64,000 bases of DNA. Origin: an uncultured Bacteriovoracaceae bacterium (GTDB taxonomy: Bacteria; Bdellovibrionota; Bacteriovoracia; Bacteriovoracales; Bacteriovoracaceae). Below the pieces are notes generated by a model. It ran no database searches. It saw nothing but the letters and a program-made list of their open reading frames with translations, and was not told where the DNA came from. Positions 19,671 through 28,698 of the stretch are shown here, piece after piece. Made by a program: the position numbers and the translations under genes. The number at the start of each line of letters is the position of its first letter. Positions within the stretch are counted from its first letter, which is position 1. The stretch covers positions 1-64,000 of the forward strand of contig CAXGUD010000006.1 in NCBI GenBank assembly GCA_964012805.1, read 5' to 3'.

Positions 19671-21491
19671 ATGAAACCTAGATCGAATAGTTTATTTTTC
19701 TCTTTGTTCATTACTCTTAATTGCCTTTTTTTAGTTTCCTGCGGACCTGAATCCTTTAATCAAAGCTTTGAAAAGAATCGGCCAAAATCCGTCAAAGGTC
19801 ATGTTTTTAATGGGACTCAAGTAAAAGAGGGTGAAGCACCATTTGTTGTCGCCTTAGTTAGTGAGGGAAGAGTTTTTTGTTCTGGAGTCCTCCTCCATCC
19901 AAGGCTCGTGGCAACAGCGGCCCACTGTATAAGTGAAGATAAAAAGCCTTTTACCAAAAAAATAAAAGTATACACAGGTCCTGGGAAAGAAAACGGATAT
20001 GTAGACGCTCAGTTTAATATTGTCAAAGCAGCTTCCAATCCTCTTTATAGAACCCTGCCTTTTTCTGTCGGTCTCGCTGACACAGGCTATGTTGTTTTAG
20101 AAAAACCAATTAACTTAAAAAATAGTAGAGGGGAGAAAATCGATTTCCCTAAAGTCTGGACGAGTCCAAAGGTCCTAAGAAAGGCCCTCATTAAAGGTGA
20201 AAAAACAAAGCTTTTTGGTTTTGGACGAAGAGGAAAGGAAAGAGAGGACGGTTTTGGTCTTAAGTTTACGACAGGACTTAGAATAAAAAGCCATACATCG
20301 AATGAAGTTGTTATGGAGGGTGGTGAAACAGACGCTTGCCCAGGAGATAGTGGTGGCCCTGTTTTTTATAAAAACTCTGATGGCCTAACGAAGGTTTTGG
20401 CCCTTGTTTCTAGAGGAACTGGTCTTCATTGTAATGGAAAGGAGTATGATCCAGGTTCTAAAACTTACACGAAAAAACCTGCAGAAACGACTTATAGTCT
20501 GCTTTATGATTCACTTTGCTGGATATCAAAAGATTCGGGGATTACTATAGAAGGAGCAAGTGAAGTTTGCTTTGATGAAGGCCTGAAGGCCCCAAAGATT
20601 GATCCAACGTATGAAGGTTTAAAAAAGACTTCTTTTTTAAAAATTTGCCAAAACCCTGAGACACTTTCTAAAGCCCAGAAAGAAACTTTATGGGCCCTTT
20701 TAGAAAAATCACCTAAGAAAACGTGTGAAGAGTCATCAAGATGGTTAGAGGCCCAAACTGACCTAGATCTTTCAATGACTTTTCTTACTGATTTATCACC
20801 TCTTTTGACGCTGCCTAATATAGAAAGCCTTTCAATAGAGCACGCTCCTTGGAGGAACGCAGGGCTTTTAAAATCTTTATCATCTTTAAAGAAAGCAACT
20901 ATAAGCTACAGAAAGACCCAATTTAAAGAATATCTAAAAGTCAAAGAGTCTGGAATAGACATTAAGTTTGTCACGGACCTGAGCACGCTCTTTGTTGTTG
21001 AAATTTCTGCTGTGCTTGAAGAAAAGAATTGGGATAAATACTATTTTTATCTAAAGATGGGGCTTAACCCTGAAGATATGTTGATTCATATTGCCGGTTG
21101 GGAAAACCGCCTTTTCTTTGAAGACATCCTTTCCAGAGTAGAAACTTTCAGCAATGAGTACGCCGGAACGACGGCCATTGATTTTGCGATTTATCAAAAT
21201 GATCTTTCTCTTTTCAAAGAAGTTATTAAAAAAGGTCCTTATTTTTGGGACTCTCTTTCAACGGTTCTCGATGTTGAGGATAAGAAGTGGGTTGATATCT
21301 TTTTAAATCATTTTGATGAAGTTTCCGCTGACGATTTTCTAAAAGTTGCATGTGAGTACGAAAACTTAGACTTTGTTAACTTTTTGTTAAAAGAGAAAAA
21401 TGCCTCTCTAAAAAAAGTCAAACAAATGGCGTTAGAAGAGGACAATGAAGATGTCCTCACTTTTCTAAAAAAACATTTTCCTGAACTTTAA
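19671..21491 (+). CDS. Trypsin-like serine protease lipoprotein with LRR-like and ankyrin-like C-terminal regions
   Basis: LVSC lipobox; triad TAAHC, AD, GDSGGP; LDLSMTFLTDLSPL LRR-like; TAIDFAI and LKVACEYENLDFVNFLL ankyrin-like; ATG at 19671 follows AAGGA. Confidence 0.85.
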   Translation: MKPRSNSLFFSLFITLNCLFLVSCGPESFNQSFEKNRPKSVKGHVFNGTQVKEGEAPFVVALVSEGRVFCSGVLLHPRLVATAAHCISEDKKPFTKKIKVYTGPGKENGYVDAQFNIVKAASNPLYRTLPFSVGLADTGYVVLEKPINLKNSRGEKIDFPKVWTSPKVLRKALIKGEKTKLFGFGRRGKEREDGFGLKFTTGLRIKSHTSNEVVMEGGETDACPGDSGGPVFYKNSDGLTKVLALVSRGTGLHCNGKEYDPGSKTYTKKPAETTYSLLYDSLCWISKDSGITIEGASEVCFDEGLKAPKIDPTYEGLKKTSFLKICQNPETLSKAQKETLWALLEKSPKKTCEESSRWLEAQTDLDLSMTFLTDLSPLLTLPNIESLSIEHAPWRNAGLLKSLSSLKKATISYRKTQFKEYLKVKESGIDIKFVTDLSTLFVVEISAVLEEKNWDKYYFYLKMGLNPEDMLIHIAGWENRLFFEDILSRVETFSNEYAGTTAIDFAIYQNDLSLFKEVIKKGPYFWDSLSTVLDVEDKKWVDIFLNHFDEVSADDFLKVACEYENLDFVNFLLKEKNASLKKVKQMALEEDNEDVLTFLKKHFPEL

Positions 21492-21597
21492 TGACTCCTC
21501 TTAAACAACTCCAAGTCTTTACTCTTTAAGGGAAGTTTCGGCTTCCTAAAAGGTAAATTTTAATTATAATGGGGTAAGTTTATTTCCTATTTTTGCT

Positions 21598-21613
21598 TGG
21601 TGCGATGGTTGCA
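21598..21613 (+). promoter_or_regulatory. Possible sigma-54 promoter of the TRAP operon
   Basis: TGGTGC-GATGG-TTGCA has exact GG-N10-GC spacing and a perfect -12; a TATAAT also lies at 21565-21570. Confidence 0.4.
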
Positions 21614-21660
21614 GTGAGCAAAACTTTAACATGAATCTATTTAAGAGGCAGGTGTATTTC

Positions 21661-22773
21661 ATGAGAACGTTGGTACAAGCTGTAATGGCCATTCTCCTTC
21701 TAAGTTTTTCTATTCAAGGACATTCAAAGACAGTTAAATTAAAAATTGCTTCCATGGCCCCAAAAGGGACTAGTTGGGGGAATGCCCTTGAAGCTATGGC
21801 CAAAGAAATAAGAAAAGCCACAAATAAAAAAGTTAGGTTGAAGCTTTACCTAGGAGGCTCTGCAGGTGATGAGCCAAGTGTTCTTAGAAAAATTAACAGC
21901 GGTATTATGCATGGAGGGGTTTTTACAGGTCGTGCTCTTGGTGACGTGAACGGTGATGTTCGTATTATGGAAGTTCCGTTTACTTTTCTTGATGATAGAA
22001 AAAAGGCCTGGTTTACTCTTCAGGTTATGAATAAAAAACTCTTTAACGAAGGGTTTGAAAAGAGAGGCTTTAAAAACTTAGGGTTTTTTGAAATTGGTAA
22101 AGTCTATCTTGTTTCTACTCAGAAGGTTACAAAAATTGATGAATTAAAAGGGAAAAAGATTTGGTCTTGGTCAGGTGATGATATTTCCGCTTCTCTTATT
22201 ACATCGATGCAGCTCGTAGGTGTCCCACTAGGCCTTCAGGATGTTTTGACATCTCTTTCTACGGGAATTATTGACACAGCTTACGCTTCTCCGATGGGTG
22301 TTTTGGCCCTTCAATGGCAAACTAAAATCAAATACCTTGTTGATTACCCTGTGACATATTCTGTCGGCGCACTTCTTTTAAGACAAAAGTTCTGGGATAA
22401 AATTCCAACAGATCCAAAAAACCCAGATAAAGATTACAGAACGATTGTAAGAAATATTATTAAAAAGCATGTAGATATGGCCAACCAAAGAACAGTCCAA
22501 GAAAACCTTGATGCCTTAAAGGCGATGAAAGATCAGGGGATTGAGTTTTTAAATTTTCCAAAAGATTCTATCACTGAAGGACGAAAAATACGTCAAGAAG
22601 TAATTGATAATCTTGGAGGAAAACTCTTTTCGAAAGATGCTGTTAAATACTACAATAGAGTTGTGGGTCTTCCTTCAAGTGTAACAACTGTCGATGGGGC
22701 CATCGCAAAAATTGCTGCTGATATTGAAGCTGAAAAGAAAGCAGCAGAAGAAAAGGCAAAAAAAGGCAAATAA
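21661..22773 (+). CDS. dctP: TRAP transporter substrate-binding protein (DctP, TatP-like)
   Basis: Signal peptide, KIASMAPKGTSW, GDEPSVLRKI, LKGKKIW and LSTGIID. Confidence 0.9.
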   Translation: MRTLVQAVMAILLLSFSIQGHSKTVKLKIASMAPKGTSWGNALEAMAKEIRKATNKKVRLKLYLGGSAGDEPSVLRKINSGIMHGGVFTGRALGDVNGDVRIMEVPFTFLDDRKKAWFTLQVMNKKLFNEGFEKRGFKNLGFFEIGKVYLVSTQKVTKIDELKGKKIWSWSGDDISASLITSMQLVGVPLGLQDVLTSLSTGIIDTAYASPMGVLALQWQTKIKYLVDYPVTYSVGALLLRQKFWDKIPTDPKNPDKDYRTIVRNIIKKHVDMANQRTVQENLDALKAMKDQGIEFLNFPKDSITEGRKIRQEVIDNLGGKLFSKDAVKYYNRVVGLPSSVTTVDGAIAKIAADIEAEKKAAEEKAKKGK

Positions 22774-22803
22774 AAACCATCACCCTCCAACCATGGAATC
22801 TTT

Positions 22804-23343
22804 ATGGTTTATAAAGTTTTAAAAGGAGTGGACACTTTTCTTGAGAAAGTGTCCCTTTACACTCTCATTGTCTCGATCCTAGGGATGCTTCTTCTGACTC
22901 TTTTAACAATTGTCCTAAGGTGGTTTAGTATAACCTATTTGTGGATGGACCCTTTAATCCGTCATCTGGTTTTCTTGAGTACATTCCTTGGCGGGGTTAT
23001 TGCTACAGGTTCAAAGCAGCACATCGCCATTGATATTTTCTACAAGATGGCCGAACAACAAGGGAAAGAAAAACTGACTCTTTTTTTCCAATTCTTGACT
23101 GCTCTAGTGAGCGCTTTCACTCTTATTTGGCTTATCACAGCCGCCATTGATTTTGTTGGAACTGCCTTTAAGTATGAAAAAGTTGTTTTTTTGGGAATTC
23201 ATAGAGGGGTCCTTGTTTCAATTATACCTTTTGGGCTAGGTCTCATTAGCTACCGCTTTTTTATTATTGCCATTGAGTCTTTGACGAAGTTGATTAACCC
23301 GACTTGGCAACCAGTTGGAGAGTCTAACTCAGAAGGCGATTAA
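22804..23343 (+). CDS. dctQ: TRAP transporter small permease
   Basis: Four TM helices, HIAID motif, position between dctP and dctM. Confidence 0.88.
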   Translation: MVYKVLKGVDTFLEKVSLYTLIVSILGMLLLTLLTIVLRWFSITYLWMDPLIRHLVFLSTFLGGVIATGSKQHIAIDIFYKMAEQQGKEKLTLFFQFLTALVSAFTLIWLITAAIDFVGTAFKYEKVVFLGIHRGVLVSIIPFGLGLISYRFFIIAIESLTKLINPTWQPVGESNSEGD

Positions 23344-23483
23344 GAGGTTAAGTGTTTTAGAGTACATTTTTCCGAAGGTCCTTCGTGAAAAATGAAAGCT
23401 TTGAAGATTTATAATTATAAAGTTGAAAAAGAAAGCAGTTATAAATAGAGGTTACGAATCTTTTAGATCCTCGAGGAGGGGTT

Positions 23484-24800
23484 TTGGAAGCAACACTATA
23501 CATTGTTATTATCGCCCTAGCGCTTATTGGTCTTCCTCTCTTTGTTGTCATGGCCCTTCTGGCCATGGTTGCTTTTACCTATGCAGACACTGAAATTGTA
23601 GCTGTTGCCATTAAAATATATGAAATATCAGCTCAGCCGATGCTCCTGACGATTCCTCTTTTTACCTTCGCTGGTTATATGATGGCCGAATCAAAATCTC
23701 CTCAAAGAATGCTCCGGTTTGCTCAGGCCTCCTTAGGCTGGCTTCCTGGTGGCGTGGCGATTGTTTCACTGGTGGTTTGTGCTTTTTTTACGGCTTTCAC
23801 TGGGGCCAGCGGAGTTACGATTATTGCTCTTGGTGGTTTGCTTTACCCAATTTTATCTAAAGAAGGTTACCAAGATAAGTTTACTCTTGGGTTGATTACG
23901 ACTTCAGGGTCTCTGGGGCTTCTTTTTCCACCAAGCTTACCTATTATCCTTTATGGGCTAGTCGCCAAAGTTGATATTGACCTTCTTTTTAAGGCAGGTA
24001 TTGTGCCTGGAATTATGGTTATCGCTGCTCTTTCTTTGTATTCCATTATTATCGGAAAGAAGGGCGCAGCCGCCGCCGCGGCGGCTGGACCAGATACTAT
24101 CGTTGAAGCCGAGGGAGAACAGATTAAGGTCTCTCATAAGTTTGTTTGGAAAGACTTTGTTGATAGCTTCAAAGGGAGTTTTTGGGAGCTTCTTCTTCCC
24201 GTTGGTGTATTAGTTGGAATTTATGGAGGTTATACCACTGTTTCTGAAGCTGCGGCCTTCACGGCTTTTTACGTTTTGATTATGGAGTGTTTCATTTATA
24301 AAGACCTTCACATCATTAATGATATTCCTGGAACGATTAAAAGGTCTATGACTCTTGTAGGTGCAATTCTTCTCATTCTTTGTTGTGCTCTTGGGGTGAC
24401 AGATTACTTAGTTGATGAAGAAATACCGATGCAGCTCTTTGAATTCATAAAGCAGTTCATTGACAGTAAACTTGTGTTTCTTATTTTTCTAAACATCTTC
24501 CTCCTTATGGTTGGAGCGATGATGGATATTTTCAGTGCCATCATGGTTGTTGTGCCTTTGATTCTTCCTATTGCTGAGCTTTATAAAGTCGATGCTGTTC
24601 ATCTAGCAATAATTTTTCTAACTAACCTTTCGATTGGATATATTACTCCACCAGTCGGGATTAACTTATTTATTAGTAGCTTCAGGTTTAAAAAACCAAT
24701 AACAGAAGTCTATAAAGCTTCATTTTCCTTCCTCCTTTTGATGCTTGTTTGTTTATTGATAGTGACTTATGTGCCTGCTTTAAGCTTGTGGTTTAAATAG
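23484..24800 (+). CDS. dctM: TRAP transporter large permease
   Basis: IPLFTFAG, GSLGLLFPPS, ITPPVGINLF; TTG start after GGAGG. Confidence 0.92.
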   Translation: MEATLYIVIIALALIGLPLFVVMALLAMVAFTYADTEIVAVAIKIYEISAQPMLLTIPLFTFAGYMMAESKSPQRMLRFAQASLGWLPGGVAIVSLVVCAFFTAFTGASGVTIIALGGLLYPILSKEGYQDKFTLGLITTSGSLGLLFPPSLPIILYGLVAKVDIDLLFKAGIVPGIMVIAALSLYSIIIGKKGAAAAAAAGPDTIVEAEGEQIKVSHKFVWKDFVDSFKGSFWELLLPVGVLVGIYGGYTTVSEAAAFTAFYVLIMECFIYKDLHIINDIPGTIKRSMTLVGAILLILCCALGVTDYLVDEEIPMQLFEFIKQFIDSKLVFLIFLNIFLLMVGAMMDIFSAIMVVVPLILPIAELYKVDAVHLAIIFLTNLSIGYITPPVGINLFISSFRFKKPITEVYKASFSFLLLMLVCLLIVTYVPALSLWFK

Positions 24801-24876
24801 ATCTTTGGAGCAGGTAATTTTTTCCCTTTCTAAAATTAAGAAGTATATACGTGAATAAAAAACCGAATGATCCTTT

Positions 24877-27800
24877 GTGGAAGAGCAAAAGGAAAATTCT
24901 GTATTTATACACCTCCCTCAAAAAATCTTGAGGTTAAATCTGCTTTGGTTAGCAGGATGGCTTTTTGTTATAAGTGCAAGTGCTTCCTTTTTTTGGTTTT
25001 TTAAAACTAAGGGATCTTTGGCACTCCATGTTTACTTTTTACCTGTCCTCTTGTTTATTTTGAACTGTTCTCTTTTTCCACTCATTAAAAAGTTAAAAAA
25101 TAATTTTAAATCGTCCTATTTGAATTGGGTTGCTATAACAAACCTCTTAGCAGGCTTATACTTTTCTTTTATTCAGCCAGATGAATTTAATGGGGTTATA
25201 TATTTATTTATTTTAATTATAGGTCTCATTCCTATGACGGGATTTTACTCATTAAAAAGAACGCTTATTTTTTGTTGTTTTTTTCTTTTGGGTGGAATAA
25301 CCCCTTACGTGTTTGAAATGTTAACTTTTGGCAGCGATGACCTTTTTTCTACTTGGCTCGTTTTGCTTACTTCAGCTTATTTCATTATATTGAGTCGTTA
25401 TTTGAAAGGTCAAAGAAGCAAAAATCTAGAAGAACATATGGGGCTAAAAAGTGCAAAGGAAATTTCAGAAGACAGGTATGAAAATGCTAAAGCCTTAATT
25501 GAAGAATTGAAAAATAAAAATAATAATTTAATCAAGCTAGAGAAAGTTAGAAAAAAGGCTTTTCACGTCTTAACCCACAAAATTAAGACTCCCTTAACTT
25601 TGGTATTAAATCCACTAATGAGGCTTGAGAAAAGGTATCCTTACGACTCTCAAGTTTCCTTGGCCCTTAAAAATGCAATTTTTATGAATCATTTAACGAC
25701 AACTTATATTGATCAAAAAACAATTGAGTCTGATCGTGAAGATTTAATTTTAATTCCAGTAAACTTTAAAAAATTTGTTGAAAACATCATAGACTCAATA
25801 AAAAGTCCTTTTGAAAATAGAGGGATTATTATCCAATTAAAGTCTAAAAGGTCCCCTATTTTAGAAACTAATATAGAGATATTGGAAAAAATAATTTTTA
25901 GTATATTTTTTCATATTTATAAAACATTTGATCAACTTGGTAAGTTGGAAATAAAGATAAATACGACAAAAGGAAGGGCCGATCTGAGTTTTATGTTTAA
26001 GAGGACCTCATTTATAAAAAAGGACTTGTCGGTTCTCTTAGATGACGAGACATCTTCTGAGGTTAAATTGGCCCAAAATGACTTAAAGATTACAAGCGGC
26101 CTTGTAAAGAAGTTGGGTGGGAAATTTAATTATGAAGAGTTAAATAATGAGAAAAGCATAATTAATATATCTTTTAAAGAGTTTGAATTTAAAGGAGTTA
26201 TTGATACTCTTTTTATTTTAAAAGATTTAGATAAAGCCCCTATTTATAAGGGCAACATTTCGCCTTCTTTTAAGGCCCAATTTACAAGTTCATTTAAAAA
26301 TGCACTCAGCTTTCTTGAAAATAGCAGGGTAAAAACTATTATATTCGATAATTCAATTGAAGAGTCTCAAGAAAAAATAGATTTTATACAGCAAATATAT
26401 AACGATTTTAAAGACATCCCCGTCACTTACCTAGAAAAAAACGAAGCAATATCACAAAAACTATTTCAAGCAATAGAGGATGAAGTTAATAAAAGCCTTG
26501 TAAAAAAACTACCAGTCCTTTTCGATTTTATCTTAAAAGATATATTGATTGTTGATAGCTTGGATGAAAATAAAAATATTGAAAAAAACTTTAAAAATGT
26601 AATGAAGAGTTACGATATTATTTTTGTAAAAAGCATTGAAAGTATAAAAAATCAGTTAGATAAGCATGTTTTTAAATTAGTTATTATTGATACTTCACAT
26701 TTTGGACAAAAAGGTGAGGCCTTCATTAAGACATTTAAAGAGAATCATCCAGAAACTAAGCTTGGCCTTGTCGTTCCACCAAAGGAGCATAAAAATATAA
26801 AGCAAAAAGGCTTGAGTACAATGTTTGATTTCTTGGCCTTTAAGCCAATTAAAGAATCATCATTAATGGAAATTATAAAAAATAATATATCAAACCCTTT
26901 ATTAAATAATTATCAGCCTTATAAGGCAAAAGAATATTATTTGTATCTCTTTAAAGAAAATGAAGAAGTAAAAGAAGAATACGATAAATTGGTGGAAAGT
27001 GATTTAGAAAAAAGCGATAAGAATAAAAAAAGCCAAGGAGATATTCTTATTATTGATTCTTCAGATAGCATGGGAATGCTTCTTAAGGGAATACTTTCAA
27101 AAGGTGGATATAGTTCACATCAAGTTAAGACATCTAAAGAAGCTTTTGAGTTTATAAAAGAAAATAAGATTGATCTAATTATATCCGATTGGTATTTAAA
27201 AGATATAACTGGAATAGAATTATTTAATATTCTTAATCATTCTCCGGGAAATAAGGGAGTCCCCTTTATACTAATGAGCTCTAAAACCTCAGAAGAGTAT
27301 GAAATCTTAGAGCCGAAAGATAAACCAGATGGTCTTCTTGGAAAACCTTTTAGTGATTCAGAATGCTTAAGTCTTGTTCAAAATATTTTAAAGCTCAAAG
27401 AAAATATATCCTTAAGTGAATGGAGAAAAAAACTTTTAGATGTTGAAAAAGAAAATGCTAGGCAATTAGATAAAGAGGTTAAAGAAAGAACTGATGATAT
27501 TCAAAATATTCTCGATAGCTTAAGCCATTCTATCTTTTGTATTAATGAAGAATTAATTGCGATTCCACCGATTTCCAATTACTCCAAAGAGTTGTTCGGA
27601 GAGTCCATAGAGGGAAAAAGTATCTTTGATATACTATTTGTTGATTACGATAAAAAAAGTGAAAATTATAGTCTTTTGGTAAATTCCTTCGAATTAATGT
27701 TTGGTGAAGATGAAAAACAATTTTTACTAGTTGAAGATTATCTCCCTAAAGAAATAAATTATGCTGGAAGAGATAAAAATCAGGATAAGACACTTAAAAT

Positions 27801-28698
27801 CGTTTATAAACCAATTTTTGATAAAAATGGAATTTTAGATAAAGTTCTTTTTGTAATTGAAGATTACACGAAATTAAAGAATTATTATCAGGGGGCCTTA
27901 AATGATCAGCTAGAGTTTTCTTTTTATAAAGATATTTATCCTGTAGAAGATAAAAATAAATTAGTTATTCAATTAAAAAAATCAATTGAAACCTCACTAT
28001 ATTTTTTCGAAGAATTTGTATCTTATTCCGAAGAAAGACACTCGAGAAGATATCTAGAAGAGCAGATTGATTTTTTCTTCAAAGACCTTTTGGAAAATTT
28101 AAAAGATATAGATATTTTATATAAAGCGATCGAAAAAATAAAAGAATCAAAAAGGTTAGATGACTATATAGGCGAAGACCTCGACTTAAATAATACTTGC
28201 TTTGAAATAATTAGTGATGCATTTGAGATAATCCTTAAGTATGCTAAGGGTTTAAATTATTTTGTAAACTTTGATGTTCTTGTTATTGATCAGAAGTTCG
28301 AAAAAATGAGAAATGAGAAAGTTGAAGATTTGAAAAATCTTTTTGGTAACTTGTTAAAATACGTTTTTTTGATTAGTGATATAAAAAACTTAGATAGGGC
28401 GAAGCTTTCACAAGTAGTTTCATATTCTAAAATGTACCCAGAGTTTGATGATGTTATTAAATTGATTTCTGAGAGATCACTTTTTGTTTCCTTTGTTTAC
28501 AAACTTCTTTTAGATGAGGAGTGTGCTAATCACTTTTATAAAATGAGCCTCCTTCTCTCCAAAATTCCTACCAGGAATTATTTGACAGATGCAATTCTAA
28601 AACATAACTTGATATCCCCATATAAAACAATGCTAGATTTATTAGACAGACGAGAAAAAAGTGAGGGAAGTAACAATCAAGACAAAAAAGCTTCCTAG
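24877..28698 (+). CDS. Membrane-anchored multidomain signalling protein (degenerate His kinase, REC domains, PAS-like)
   Basis: 5-6 N-terminal TMs, H-box-like THKIKTPL, eroded HATPase, REC with LIISDW...KPF, PAS-like segment. Confidence 0.7.
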   Translation: MEEQKENSVFIHLPQKILRLNLLWLAGWLFVISASASFFWFFKTKGSLALHVYFLPVLLFILNCSLFPLIKKLKNNFKSSYLNWVAITNLLAGLYFSFIQPDEFNGVIYLFILIIGLIPMTGFYSLKRTLIFCCFFLLGGITPYVFEMLTFGSDDLFSTWLVLLTSAYFIILSRYLKGQRSKNLEEHMGLKSAKEISEDRYENAKALIEELKNKNNNLIKLEKVRKKAFHVLTHKIKTPLTLVLNPLMRLEKRYPYDSQVSLALKNAIFMNHLTTTYIDQKTIESDREDLILIPVNFKKFVENIIDSIKSPFENRGIIIQLKSKRSPILETNIEILEKIIFSIFFHIYKTFDQLGKLEIKINTTKGRADLSFMFKRTSFIKKDLSVLLDDETSSEVKLAQNDLKITSGLVKKLGGKFNYEELNNEKSIINISFKEFEFKGVIDTLFILKDLDKAPIYKGNISPSFKAQFTSSFKNALSFLENSRVKTIIFDNSIEESQEKIDFIQQIYNDFKDIPVTYLEKNEAISQKLFQAIEDEVNKSLVKKLPVLFDFILKDILIVDSLDENKNIEKNFKNVMKSYDIIFVKSIESIKNQLDKHVFKLVIIDTSHFGQKGEAFIKTFKENHPETKLGLVVPPKEHKNIKQKGLSTMFDFLAFKPIKESSLMEIIKNNISNPLLNNYQPYKAKEYYLYLFKENEEVKEEYDKLVESDLEKSDKNKKSQGDILIIDSSDSMGMLLKGILSKGGYSSHQVKTSKEAFEFIKENKIDLIISDWYLKDITGIELFNILNHSPGNKGVPFILMSSKTSEEYEILEPKDKPDGLLGKPFSDSECLSLVQNILKLKENISLSEWRKKLLDVEKENARQLDKEVKERTDDIQNILDSLSHSIFCINEELIAIPPISNYSKELFGESIEGKSIFDILFVDYDKKSENYSLLVNSFELMFGEDEKQFLLVEDYLPKEINYAGRDKNQDKTLKIVYKPIFDKNGILDKVLFVIEDYTKLKNYYQGALNDQLEFSFYKDIYPVEDKNKLVIQLKKSIETSLYFFEEFVSYSEERHSRRYLEEQIDFFFKDLLENLKDIDILYKAIEKIKESKRLDDYIGEDLDLNNTCFEIISDAFEIILKYAKGLNYFVNFDVLVIDQKFEKMRNEKVEDLKNLFGNLLKYVFLISDIKNLDRAKLSQVVSYSKMYPEFDDVIKLISERSLFVSFVYKLLLDEECANHFYKMSLLLSKIPTRNYLTDAILKHNLISPYKTMLDLLDRREKSEGSNNQDKKAS

